Below, piece by piece: positions 27,963 through 37,479 of a DNA stretch of 64,000 bases. The stretch lies in the IMG/VR virus record IMGVR_UViG_3300025121_000017. One strand, written 5' to 3'. Both the position numbers and the translations under genes were made by a program. Numbering within the stretch: the first letter of the stretch is position 1; every line of letters starts with the position of its first letter. Under the pieces are notes generated by a model that had not been told where the DNA came from, ran no database searches, and was given only the letters and a program-made list of their open reading frames with translations. The stretch comes from an uncultured virus (IMG/VR IMGVR_UViG_3300025121_000017) (Duplodnaviria > Heunggongvirae > Uroviricota > Caudoviricetes).

Positions 27963-28925
27963 ATGTCACTGGACCTGGGGCTCTCATGCGCCGTCGAAGA
28001 CCTCCTCGACGTACGGCAGTTCCGGCACGACTTCCTCTTCGGAACCGTGCTCGGGACAACCGTACGTGACGGAGACTTCGCCGCCGCATGGAGCCGCTGG
28101 ACGGTGCCAACTGAATCGCTGCCGTGCCCGAAGACGGCGCAGCAAGCCATGCAGCTGCTCAATGAAGCGCTCTGGGGGAACGTCCCAGACAGCGTCATCG
28201 CTGCGCACCTGGCCATGCACACAGACCGCCTCGCGACGCAGACGGGCATCCGCCTCCAGCTGCGTCGCGTAGCCATGTCGCCGATTGATGACGACACCGG
28301 GCAGTATGACGAGCTACGCCCGCGCGCGCCGTGGGTGGGCACGAACGCCATCGGGGGTGTGATTCGGATCGAGCTCCCTGGGCCGGTGATCTCTGTCGGA
28401 CGGGTACGGGCGATTGCGGCGGACGGGACGGTCTCCTGGACGGTGCAGGGGAGCAACGTCACGATCATTGACAGGCGCGGCGGGCTGATCGAGCTGGGAG
28501 CCGGGGTAGACACGACCGCGCCGATCGCGTCCCCGTCCGAGACGCTCGTGCGTGGAGCGTCGAACCTGTTCAGCTCGGCGCTGCGCTTCAACATGCTTGA
28601 CACTGTACCGGGCGTCTGGGCAGTCGAGTACGTCACTGGGCCAGTCTGGGACGGGCGTGCAGGACGACTCCCGCTGTCAATTAAATTCCAGGTGTGGTGT
28701 CAGGCTGCGAAATTCCTGCTGGCGCTGCATTCGAATGTGACAACGAAGGGTGTCTCGAGTCAGAATCGCAGCGTTGACGGGATCAGCAACAGTATTTCGC
28801 TCACGAACAGCGCGACGAGCGACATCAACGCTGCGCTCGAGACCATTCTGGACAAGTTCGGTGAGCTGGTGGATACCAAGATGCTCGCGCGCCGTATGCG
28901 GGGGCTGCCGTGTCGGGCATTTTAA
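27963..28925 (+). CDS. Putative head-tail adaptor
   Basis: Gene order; EYVTG, GVSSQNRSVDGISNSIS motif typical of SPO1-like adaptors. Confidence 0.6.
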   Translation: MSLDLGLSCAVEDLLDVRQFRHDFLFGTVLGTTVRDGDFAAAWSRWTVPTESLPCPKTAQQAMQLLNEALWGNVPDSVIAAHLAMHTDRLATQTGIRLQLRRVAMSPIDDDTGQYDELRPRAPWVGTNAIGGVIRIELPGPVISVGRVRAIAADGTVSWTVQGSNVTIIDRRGGLIELGAGVDTTAPIASPSETLVRGASNLFSSALRFNMLDTVPGVWAVEYVTGPVWDGRAGRLPLSIKFQVWCQAAKFLLALHSNVTTKGVSSQNRSVDGISNSISLTNSATSDINAALETILDKFGELVDTKMLARRMRGLPCRAF

Positions 28926-28938
28926 GAGGTGACGTATA

Positions 28939-29193
28939 GTGAGCGCTACCGACGACCTAAACCAAGCGATTCACCTCGCGGCGGAACTTCAGACCGACCC
29001 ACTGTTCCGCGCGGCAGCTGAGCTGTCTCGTGCCGCAAAGAGCCTGGCGCGCGTCGTCGAACTCGAGGCTCACGCGCTTGCAGTTGCCCCGGACGTCGCG
29101 TGTGCGCACGACTTGGAACGCCTCAGCGGAACTCTTCGCCAGTGCCTCGAGACGGTTGCCTGGCTCGAGACTAACGTAGGGCGGCACGGATGA
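28939..29193 (+). CDS. Hypothetical protein
   Basis: GAGGT RBS; coupled. Confidence 0.5.
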   Translation: MSATDDLNQAIHLAAELQTDPLFRAAAELSRAAKSLARVVELEAHALAVAPDVACAHDLERLSGTLRQCLETVAWLETNVGRHG

Positions 29194-30077
29194 TGGAGCT
29201 GCCGCCCCTCCCAGGCTTGCGCGATTTCGTCGGACGCCCGGGACTATCGTCTGCCGCGTTTCGGCGCGTGGACGCTGACGCAAGCGGCGCAGACGACACG
29301 ATCGCGACGTTCGGCACGACGGCAGACTACTGGCGCGCCGTAGTTTGCCCGTGCTCCCGGACGGACACGGGGCGCGCACGTCGGAGCTGTCCGCTGTGCC
29401 TTGGGGCCACGTACGTGTACCCGCCGGACATGCGCTGCTTTGGGATCAAGATCCTGTTCGGCGCGCAGCAGCAGGACCGCAAGAGCGACCCTGCAGGTGG
29501 GCGTGACGTAGGCTCAGTATCTGCGACTTTCCCGGCGGAGGTTGCACCTCAACGCGGGGATCTGGTACTTCCGCGTGGGCAGACGCACTTCGTGGACGAG
29601 GTGCTTGTCCGGGGGAAGAACCCGCTGGCCGACGCGATTGCTTCACGCAGGCGCAGCGACCTGGTGGACGCGGGCGGGGGTGACGCGCCGGATGACTCCC
29701 TGCGCTACCCGACCGTGCAGAGTGTGTCGGGCGTGTGGGGCTGGAACCCGGAAGCCGTCGTAGAGATTCTCGCCAGTTGGGGGCGTACGTCTCTCGCGGG
29801 ACTGATGCCGGGACAGCTGGAACGGGTCTACGGGGTCGGCATGCCCCGGTTGCTCGGCTGGGAAGTCGTGGACGGAAACCTGATACGCTGGCAGCGTGGG
29901 CAGGGTCCGGAGTTGGGGAGCACCTACACCGTGAAGTACGAAGCGCAGGCAGTCTACTGCATCGTGGAGGACCCTGGTTACCGGGCGGACGGGGATAAGC
30001 GGTTACAGCGCAAGCCGGCGAAGCTGATTCGGTATGACGCTGTGGGCCACGATGAGCGGTTGCGGGGGATCGGATGA
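29190..30077 (+). CDS. Putative neck/head-closure protein
   Basis: WRAVVCPC...CPLCLG Zn motif; gene order. Confidence 0.6.
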   Translation: MMELPPLPGLRDFVGRPGLSSAAFRRVDADASGADDTIATFGTTADYWRAVVCPCSRTDTGRARRSCPLCLGATYVYPPDMRCFGIKILFGAQQQDRKSDPAGGRDVGSVSATFPAEVAPQRGDLVLPRGQTHFVDEVLVRGKNPLADAIASRRRSDLVDAGGGDAPDDSLRYPTVQSVSGVWGWNPEAVVEILASWGRTSLAGLMPGQLERVYGVGMPRLLGWEVVDGNLIRWQRGQGPELGSTYTVKYEAQAVYCIVEDPGYRADGDKRLQRKPAKLIRYDAVGHDERLRGIG

Positions 30078-30691
30078 TTCGACTCCGTCTCGACACCAGC
30101 AAAGGCATCTCCGTCATCCGCGCCGCACTCGAGCGCAAGATGCTCGCGTCCGGGCGCAAGATTGCACGTACCTGGGGCAGTGTCGCGGAGGCCTCCGGTG
30201 CGCCGAAGAATTATGTAGCCGGCGCGCGCGCTGCGGACGTTGCGATAACGGAGTCGACCGACGAAGGCGAAGCGATTCGAGTCGCTGTCACCATCACGCA
30301 CGCGACGCCCGGCTCGAAGTATGTGGACACGGGGCACGAGGCTTACCGTCTCCCTGAAGTGTATCACTGGCCGACGCCGAAGACGAAGATCAGCAAGTCC
30401 GGGCGCATGTACTTGACGATCCCACTGCCGATCGCAACGGCAAGCATCCCGCGGACGATCTTGCGGCGGGCGCGCGCACTCCACAAAGTGGGTAAGCGCG
30501 TCAGAAATTCGACCGTCCCCGCGCAGTTCAAGGGTCTGTTCCGCGGTGCGAAGAGCTGGGGTGTGTTTCGCACGATGCGTCCGGACTCGCCCGGCTGGCA
30601 GATCCCCGCTAAGGAGGGGCTGCGGATCGTAGACAAGGTCCGGAAGCTGATCGCGGACGCTCCGGCGGATGTTATCGGCGGTGAAGCGTGA
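30074..30691 (+). CDS. Putative neck protein
   Basis: YLTIPL, FRTM..DSPGWQIPA motifs; gene order. Confidence 0.55.
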   Translation: MIRLRLDTSKGISVIRAALERKMLASGRKIARTWGSVAEASGAPKNYVAGARAADVAITESTDEGEAIRVAVTITHATPGSKYVDTGHEAYRLPEVYHWPTPKTKISKSGRMYLTIPLPIATASIPRTILRRARALHKVGKRVRNSTVPAQFKGLFRGAKSWGVFRTMRPDSPGWQIPAKEGLRIVDKVRKLIADAPADVIGGEA

Positions 30692-31380
30692 GCGGCGCGC
30701 CGGCTGGGTCCGGCGGTGAATTCGACCTGGAGACACTGCGTCAGCTGTTGTTTGAGGAGCTGGCGGTGCTGGCGGGAGATGACGGACGGCTGCGCTCAGT
30801 GTACGCGCGGCACGACGAGATTCCGCTCAACCGGCGAGACGACGCTTCCGCGTACCTTGACGAACGCATACAGGCGCTGCGACGTCTCGCGCAGTTCGGA
30901 GCAAGGCGTAACGGCGACGGAGTCAACATCTACGCGGCCACGCCGGACACGCAGCGCCAGCAGCCGTGTATCAGCATCGACTACTCCGGCACGTCCGCGG
31001 AAGTCGAGGCCATGCTCGGCGACACGGTGCACGAGGAATGGGTGCAGGTTGACGGTAAAACGTACCTGGCCCGGACCATGGGCAGCCACCAGCGGCGCAG
31101 CGTCGCGGTGCAGATCCTGGCCGAGTCGTACGATGACACCTGGACTCTCTATCGCGCCGTGAAAGACATCCTCGAGCGGTCCCGCGGGCGCTTGTCCGAC
31201 GTCGGCGTGCACGACGTGAAGCTCACGGAAACCCCACCTGAGACGATGCGGGCGGACGACGATATGCGCAACTTGTCGGCACAGCTTGACATCGACCTGA
31301 GCTGGTGCAGGAGGTCGACTGAGCTGCAAGGGCCGTGGCCTACTTCAGTAATTTTTGTCAACACAGGCGAGGCGGAATAG
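30688..31380 (+). CDS. Putative tail completion/terminator protein
   Basis: Immediately before the sheath; PCISI motif. Confidence 0.55.
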   Translation: MSGAPAGSGGEFDLETLRQLLFEELAVLAGDDGRLRSVYARHDEIPLNRRDDASAYLDERIQALRRLAQFGARRNGDGVNIYAATPDTQRQQPCISIDYSGTSAEVEAMLGDTVHEEWVQVDGKTYLARTMGSHQRRSVAVQILAESYDDTWTLYRAVKDILERSRGRLSDVGVHDVKLTETPPETMRADDDMRNLSAQLDIDLSWCRRSTELQGPWPTSVIFVNTGEAE

Positions 31381-31381
31381 C

Positions 31382-33187
31382 ATGCCAGACTACAAACTGA
31401 TCAATGGCCAGACGATTTCCGTCCCGGGTATCGCGGAGCTTAACGAGACGGTCATCCTCAACGAGCCCGGCCCCACGCCCGCGTTTGCGGTGCCTGTGCT
31501 CGTCGGCGACGCACCGTCCGGGATTCCGTACAACTTCGACTCGCTCAAGATGACGTCCGAGACTGCTCTGGGACCGTTCCGGATGCAGCGCACCGACCCT
31601 GTCGTGCACGATACCTGGGGATATGGGTCTGACGTAGCCGTGGCGTTCCGGAACGCGCAGGAAGCTGGACTGCCGATGGCGTTCATCACGACCACGGCGG
31701 CGCTGACGCGATCTAAGGTGGTCGTCACGAGCGCAGGTCCGGTGAACCAGTTCACGCTTTATTCACGGCTGTTCGGCGCACCCGGGCGGCATCACAAGGT
31801 CAAGTTTGCGACCGACATCCTCACCATTTCGCCTGTTCTGCGTTACGCGATGTTGTCCGTGGCGGTCACCACCACGACCACGCGCGTCTACGTGACCGGA
31901 GCCGACCCCAACACCAGTCCGATCGCGTGGATGGCGCCTGGGCAGACCGTGTATCTGGGTGACTCGGATACTGCGGACTTCGCGGTCGTTGTGGACGAGG
32001 TTGGGCGTGAGCTCGACACCAATGGGCAGTGGAAATACTACTTCGACTTGACGGGGGCAGCGGGAACCGCGGTCGAGATCAGCACGAAATACGGCATGGT
32101 CATCCTGTACGGTGACGATGAAATCAGCCCGACCTTCCTCACGGGAGAGGGGCAGAAAGTCATCGACTGGGTCAACAACAACTCGAAGGTGCTCGGCGCG
32201 GAAAAGCACGCGGACTTCACGGGCGCGCTGCCGATTGACGTCGTGAGCGCGACGCCGATTAAGGACCTGAGCACGACCTGGGGCACCATCACGAACGGCG
32301 TGTCGCCGGCCAGCACCAGCTCGGACTGGTCGACATTCTTCACGAATTATAAAGCGACGTACTGGGACCAGTTCCGGAGCCTCTTCGGTCTGGTACCGCG
32401 AGTGCACCTGTTGCTGACGTCTGACGCGACCGTGCACGGATACGCCAGAGCCTTCGCGGTCGACAGACGCAAGAACGTCGCGAGCGGCTCGAGGCCGGTG
32501 TCCATTCTGCTCGGTGCGGCGTTCACGGACACATCTACAAGCGCGTCGAACAGCACGAACTCGGCCTATCGTGCGCGCGCGCTGAATCACCAGGACGTCG
32601 GGCTCTTCGGTGGGCAGTTTGAGCGCTTGCCTGCTTACCTGAGCCTGGCTGCATACGCCTTCGGGCAGCTGGTGAACGGGGGCTCTCTCTACAGCATCAC
32701 CCGTAAGGCCATCCGAGCGACCGGCGGCGAAGTGACGAAGCTGTGGGACGAGACCAACACGGGGGAGCTGACCACGCTGATCAAGGCGGGCGTCATCACC
32801 TACATGTTGAGTCCGACGACTCCGCCGGTGTGGCAGTTCACGTCCGGGGTGAACACGAACCAGGACCGCACGACGGCGTGGTCGTCCGCGACGAACTCGA
32901 CTTGCATGATGGCTGCTCGAAACAGCATCGACGAATTCAACGCCGGGCTGCTGTCTCTGCTTGACGCCTACAGCGGTAAGACCGGCGTGGCTGCGTCTGA
33001 CCTGGGCGCAGCTCTGTACGCCTATGCGGTCCAGCAGCGAGATAACCGCCGGATTATCAGCGATTTCGGGGATCCAGTCTTTGAGGAGAGCGCGAACGAA
33101 GCCGCGTGGCGCTTGGTCACTTTTCCGCTCACTCCGGTGCCTGAGACTCTCTACATCGGCGTAAACATTAACATTTTCGTGGGGTGA
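31382..33187 (+). CDS. Tail sheath protein
   Basis: ~600 aa; N-terminal PG motif, LIKAGVIT, C-terminal PV..LYI.V.I; followed by the tube gene. Confidence 0.8.
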   Translation: MPDYKLINGQTISVPGIAELNETVILNEPGPTPAFAVPVLVGDAPSGIPYNFDSLKMTSETALGPFRMQRTDPVVHDTWGYGSDVAVAFRNAQEAGLPMAFITTTAALTRSKVVVTSAGPVNQFTLYSRLFGAPGRHHKVKFATDILTISPVLRYAMLSVAVTTTTTRVYVTGADPNTSPIAWMAPGQTVYLGDSDTADFAVVVDEVGRELDTNGQWKYYFDLTGAAGTAVEISTKYGMVILYGDDEISPTFLTGEGQKVIDWVNNNSKVLGAEKHADFTGALPIDVVSATPIKDLSTTWGTITNGVSPASTSSDWSTFFTNYKATYWDQFRSLFGLVPRVHLLLTSDATVHGYARAFAVDRRKNVASGSRPVSILLGAAFTDTSTSASNSTNSAYRARALNHQDVGLFGGQFERLPAYLSLAAYAFGQLVNGGSLYSITRKAIRATGGEVTKLWDETNTGELTTLIKAGVITYMLSPTTPPVWQFTSGVNTNQDRTTAWSSATNSTCMMAARNSIDEFNAGLLSLLDAYSGKTGVAASDLGAALYAYAVQQRDNRRIISDFGDPVFEESANEAAWRLVTFPLTPVPETLYIGVNINIFVG

Positions 33188-33190
33188 GCC

Positions 33191-33697
33191 GTGGCTCTGA
33201 AGTATTCGGCGCTCAAAAAGACGCCTAAGTTCGACGACGTGATGGCCGGTGCCATCGTGGGCGTGCGGTTCATCCTGGCGGACGACCCTGCGGTAAGTTT
33301 CATCGGGGTTGATCGGGGGACAGGGGGCATCTCCGGGTTCACCGTGAGCCAGCAGATCGAAGCTCTGCCGGTCGAGTCCGTGGGCACGCGTCTCGCGGAC
33401 CAGATCGTGCGCGGACGATTCTCCGGTACCGCGAGCGTAAACGGCTTCTTCTCCCTGCGTAAGGGAGACGAGTTCGTCCCGGACAGCGAGACGTTCACGA
33501 ACCTGCAGTGGCACTGCTACCGCTACCAGACAGAAGGCTCCGCCAAAGGGGTGCCGTTCGACGCGGTAACGTACTGGACCATCGCGAGTTGCACCATTCC
33601 GCAGGGCGCGCGCGGCCTCGTGACATTCGAGATGTCCGGGCCATTCATCGAGCGCCTGCGCGGCGAACGCGCGGCGAAACGGTTCGGCGTCTATTAA
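33191..33697 (+). CDS. Tail tube protein
   Basis: 168-aa beta-rich ORF after the sheath; PVESVG motif. Confidence 0.7.
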   Translation: MALKYSALKKTPKFDDVMAGAIVGVRFILADDPAVSFIGVDRGTGGISGFTVSQQIEALPVESVGTRLADQIVRGRFSGTASVNGFFSLRKGDEFVPDSETFTNLQWHCYRYQTEGSAKGVPFDAVTYWTIASCTIPQGARGLVTFEMSGPFIERLRGERAAKRFGVY

Positions 33698-33719
33698 GCC
33701 TTCGCTTGCTCCGAACGAA

Positions 33720-33749
33720 ACGAAGCCAGGTTGCGCAACTTGGCTTCGT
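33720..33749 (+). terminator. Stem-loop after the tube gene
   Basis: ACGAAGCCAGGTTGCGCAACTTGGCTTCGT near-perfect inverted repeat. Confidence 0.5.
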
Positions 33750-33835
33750 CTTGCGCGCCCGGTTCTCCCGTCGGGCCTTCGGGGTAGGCGATTTATCGTT
33801 CTAACGGGAGACACGCGCTGGGAGGCGCGCTATTT

Positions 33836-34588
33836 ATGTCTGAATCCATCCAGTTCACTGTCCCTCTTCCCGCTCCAAAGAAACACCCCGAACTCAAGTT
33901 CTTAGGCGCGAACGGGCGCCCGTCCGCTGAACCGTTCCAGCTCACGCTCCGCCTCCCTGACATCCTCGACGCGCAGAACATCACGCGGAGCCTGTGCGAG
34001 CTGGCTGCGCGGCTGCAGAGCGACGGAGAGCCGGACCCGTTGGCGCATGCCGACATGCTCGCCGGACGCGACATGCTCGCCGCGCAGCTGCGCCACGGCG
34101 TCGCTGAGATGCTGTACCCTGAGCACACGCGGCAGGCGGGCGCGGACAAGCTGACCAACTTCAGCATCGGGGCCGGCGTGGCTCTGGTGCATCAGATCGC
34201 AGCCGGTAGGGTATTTCGTCGCGACGTCGAGCGCCTCCTCGCAGACACCAACGACGCTGCTGATCCGAAAGACGCGCTGTCCGAGGCTGACTTTCCGCTG
34301 GCAGTCGACGCGGTGCACGCCCGGTTCGAGTCCGCCGCAATGGAGACAGACCAAGCGTCCCGGCGACGCCTCTTCGCCACACGCAACGAGGTCGACAGTA
34401 TCGACGCGCAGCTCGAGGCGTTGGAGCGCTGTGCTCGTTGGAGCGTGCTGTCCACGCTCATGCCTCCGGAGTGGCGACGCCTGGATCACTGCCCTGGCTG
34501 GCAGGCATACGGCGTGGAGATCGTGACTGCGTGGCGCCTGGCGGAGGATGCCGCACTTCGGGATTTCACGACGCCCTCCGCCTCCTAA
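33836..34588 (+). CDS. Tail assembly chaperone (short form)
   Basis: Between tube and tape measure; overlapping -1 frame ORF follows. Confidence 0.6.
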   Translation: MSESIQFTVPLPAPKKHPELKFLGANGRPSAEPFQLTLRLPDILDAQNITRSLCELAARLQSDGEPDPLAHADMLAGRDMLAAQLRHGVAEMLYPEHTRQAGADKLTNFSIGAGVALVHQIAAGRVFRRDVERLLADTNDAADPKDALSEADFPLAVDAVHARFESAAMETDQASRRRLFATRNEVDSIDAQLEALERCARWSVLSTLMPPEWRRLDHCPGWQAYGVEIVTAWRLAEDAALRDFTTPSAS

Positions 34589-34953
34589 CCGGGGGACGGG
34601 AGGGCCGTGGGCAACCTGAGCCGTTGGTGCTGCGCCTGGCGCGGGAAGAGGCCGGACAGCTCAAGACGGCGTGGCGGCTCAAGTACAATTATGGGCCGTC
34701 CGATGCGCGCTACACGAGCATGACGGAGACGGGCATCCTGTTCGACCTGCTTGTGCTGCGGGAACACGATCGTCTGGTGAATCGCGCGGCGGACCCGACG
34801 GCGGCACTCGACGAGGCGATGCAGGATGAGGAGTTCGCGGAAGATGCGTTTGCGCGGGCGGAGTCCAGCGCGCTGGCGGTGGAGGTAACGCCGCCTTCCT
34901 GGGCAGGAGACGATTCTCGGACGGGGACTGTGTCTTATACGGATGAAGGGTAG
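34561..34953 (+). CDS. Tail assembly chaperone, -1 frameshift extension
   Basis: -1 frame ORF without an RBS/ATG at its 5' part; G GAT TTC at 34561; W..KY..P.D.RY..MT motif. Confidence 0.5.
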   Translation, partial: GFHDALRLLTGGREGRGQPEPLVLRLAREEAGQLKTAWRLKYNYGPSDARYTSMTETGILFDLLVLREHDRLVNRAADPTAALDEAMQDEEFAEDAFARAESSALAVEVTPPSWAGDDSRTGTVSYTDEG

Positions 34954-34959
34954 GCGGCA

Positions 34960-37479
34960 GTGAGCGACGATCGCAGCGAAATCAAAATTGTAGCGGAGCT
35001 CGACGCCGCGCAAGTCGCTCGTACGATCGAGGCCGGGAATCGTGCGGCTGCGCAGAGTGTTGCGTCCGGAGCTGCTGGCGGGCGTGGAAGGAAGGGGAGT
35101 CGGGCGGAACAGGCGGAAGCGCCGGTACCGCTCATTTCCCGCTATGCGCCGCGGGCTAGAACTGCGGCTGGGCGTACAATAGACGCTGAAGAAAATTGGG
35201 AGCTTCCCTGGGAGGGCGAAGGGGGTTTAGGGGCGCCTGCAGCTGTCACACCTCGTGGCGCGCCGCCGATAGTGGACCCTGAAAAAGAAGCGGCATTACT
35301 CAAAGCACAGCATAAGTATTGGAACCCCACACTCTGGAAGATGGTGTGGACCGAAGATGCTGGCAAGCCTCCTGAGCCCCAAGAACCCGTTGCGCCGCGA
35401 ATTAACAGAGGGGAGCAGGGGTACCATACCGCCAATCCAATGGCGGATAACGCGCAAGGCAGAGGAGAGAAACAAGGCGACGCACCAAAAATAGAAGGCG
35501 AAAAAGAACAGGCATGGCTTCGTGCGGCGAGTGTGTATCATGCACGATCGTATGCCCCTGCGTCCGCCGCGTCTGACGGAGAGGGAGAAGACGAGTCCGG
35601 CCCGTCTTACGTCCCTCACCGTCCAGGCGCGCGCTGGCGCCTCAATGCCTTCGGTGCCACTGCCTTCCGCGCCGGGCTGGCCCCTATCGCTGTCGGCATG
35701 CACTTCGGCTTAGCCGCCGCCTTGAGCCCGTTCCGAATCGCAGCCGCTGCACGGCAGGCGGGCGGGTTTGGCAACCTGAGCGTGGCCGACGCCTCCTCAG
35801 CCGCGTTCGGTGACGTCCGCCGTAATCTCGGCACGCAAGCTGACCTCATCGGGCAGGGAGCCTCACAGACCGTCTCGCGGCAGCGCGTCAAAACTTCCGA
35901 TGATGACGAGGGGGACGGCGAAGACGACGCCAACCCAGAAGAGCGCCGCCATCGCGAGATGATGAGCGCGATGAAGAAGTACGGCGGACAGGGTGCCAAC
36001 CTGACGCGTAACGTCGCGATGGGGGCCGTCGGATACGGGATCGGCTCCAGCATCATGGGCTTCTTTTCAGAGGCCTCCCAGCAGTACATCCAGCACGCTG
36101 CGACGCTTCGCCAGCTCAAGCAGACCTATCGAGAATTTGGGGCAGAGGCAACGAGTGTCGGACGCAGCATCGGCTACGTGACTGAGGAGACGTCGAAGCT
36201 TGTCGGGGCGATCGGCACGCAAACGAACAGTGTCACGAGCACCAGGTTCATGCAGTATGCGGGGTTTGCGCGGCAGTACGGGCTCGAGGATACCGAAGTC
36301 GCAGGTACAGTTGGTAAGATCAGCCGATTGTCCGGCGGGCACTTCTTCCAGGCGTCCGAGGGACAGCTGAGCTCTGCGCAGCGTCAGCTGGGCATGACGC
36401 GCGCGCAGGCGCAGCGGCAGAGCTCGTCAATCTCACTCCTGGGGATTCACGCGGCGGCTGAGGCGTCCGGCATGGGCCAGGGCCGTTTCGGTGAGTACAT
36501 GCAGACACTCTCCTCTGCGGCGGAAGCGCAATTCCACGCGACAGGAGAGGTCAACTCAGGCGCGATGTTCGCGACGAAGTTCGGCGGCATGGTGTTTGGG
36601 CAGGACTCGGAGCGCGGGCGCGGTGAGTCTGGGCTCAGCTTCGCGCAAGGCGCGGGACGGATGATGTCCGGCGACAGCTCGCAAGCCATGCGCGTCTACA
36701 TGATGCGCGCGCTGAATTATGGCAAGGCCGGCGGGCCTGGCATGATCGAGATGGACAAGCAGCTCGAGGCCGGCATCACGGACCCCAAGAACGCTGCGGC
36801 TTTCTTCGGACGGATCCGGCAGACGACGTCTGGCATGTCCGCAGAGAACCGGAAGTTCACCGCCTACATGATGCTGAAAGACGACGCAAAAAAGAGCGGG
36901 TTGAACGCATCGGGGCTCGAGGCACTGGTGGACGCGGGGTTCGACGACGCCAAATTCGCCCAGATGCAAGAGTTTGCGGAGGACCCTGACAAGGCCATGG
37001 AGGCGAATTTTAGCGCAGAGGGGCTGAACAAGGGGGCGTTTAAGGCGGGTGGGTTCGGTGAGGTGGGGCGGCGCAAGACAACGTTGGCGGAAGCGCGGAA
37101 GGTGCAGCTCGAGTCAATGAAAGAGGGGGTTGGCGCCGAAGTCACCGGGATCATGGTGACGCTCGGCAACACCATGAAGAACCTTGGTGGCGCTTTTAGC
37201 GATCTCTTCAAAGGCATCTCCGGGCAGCGACCGTTGCAAGCGTTGCAAGGCCTCGCGACATCCGCCGAACGCGCGTCCGAGACTCTTGAAATGCTCTCCG
37301 CTACGTCTGCCGGACAGTACGCGACGAAAGGCGTCACGGGTGTCCTGGGTGAGTTCTGGGACGAGTTCGGCGTCCGCCGGATGTGGAACGCGCAGCACCC
37401 GACGACAGGCACGATCCGCACGCGAAAAAATCCCGCTAAACACCCGCCCACTGCCGGTGCTGGGGGCGGTAACCGATGA
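34960..37479 (+). CDS. Tape measure protein
   Basis: 839-aa Ala/Gly/Met-rich helical protein after the chaperones. Confidence 0.7.
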   Translation: MSDDRSEIKIVAELDAAQVARTIEAGNRAAAQSVASGAAGGRGRKGSRAEQAEAPVPLISRYAPRARTAAGRTIDAEENWELPWEGEGGLGAPAAVTPRGAPPIVDPEKEAALLKAQHKYWNPTLWKMVWTEDAGKPPEPQEPVAPRINRGEQGYHTANPMADNAQGRGEKQGDAPKIEGEKEQAWLRAASVYHARSYAPASAASDGEGEDESGPSYVPHRPGARWRLNAFGATAFRAGLAPIAVGMHFGLAAALSPFRIAAAARQAGGFGNLSVADASSAAFGDVRRNLGTQADLIGQGASQTVSRQRVKTSDDDEGDGEDDANPEERRHREMMSAMKKYGGQGANLTRNVAMGAVGYGIGSSIMGFFSEASQQYIQHAATLRQLKQTYREFGAEATSVGRSIGYVTEETSKLVGAIGTQTNSVTSTRFMQYAGFARQYGLEDTEVAGTVGKISRLSGGHFFQASEGQLSSAQRQLGMTRAQAQRQSSSISLLGIHAAAEASGMGQGRFGEYMQTLSSAAEAQFHATGEVNSGAMFATKFGGMVFGQDSERGRGESGLSFAQGAGRMMSGDSSQAMRVYMMRALNYGKAGGPGMIEMDKQLEAGITDPKNAAAFFGRIRQTTSGMSAENRKFTAYMMLKDDAKKSGLNASGLEALVDAGFDDAKFAQMQEFAEDPDKAMEANFSAEGLNKGAFKAGGFGEVGRRKTTLAEARKVQLESMKEGVGAEVTGIMVTLGNTMKNLGGAFSDLFKGISGQRPLQALQGLATSAERASETLEMLSATSAGQYATKGVTGVLGEFWDEFGVRRMWNAQHPTTGTIRTRKNPAKHPPTAGAGGGNR

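Noticed and set aside
31763..33814. 683-aa minus-strand ORF
   Set aside because: Antisense shadow of the sheath and tube genes
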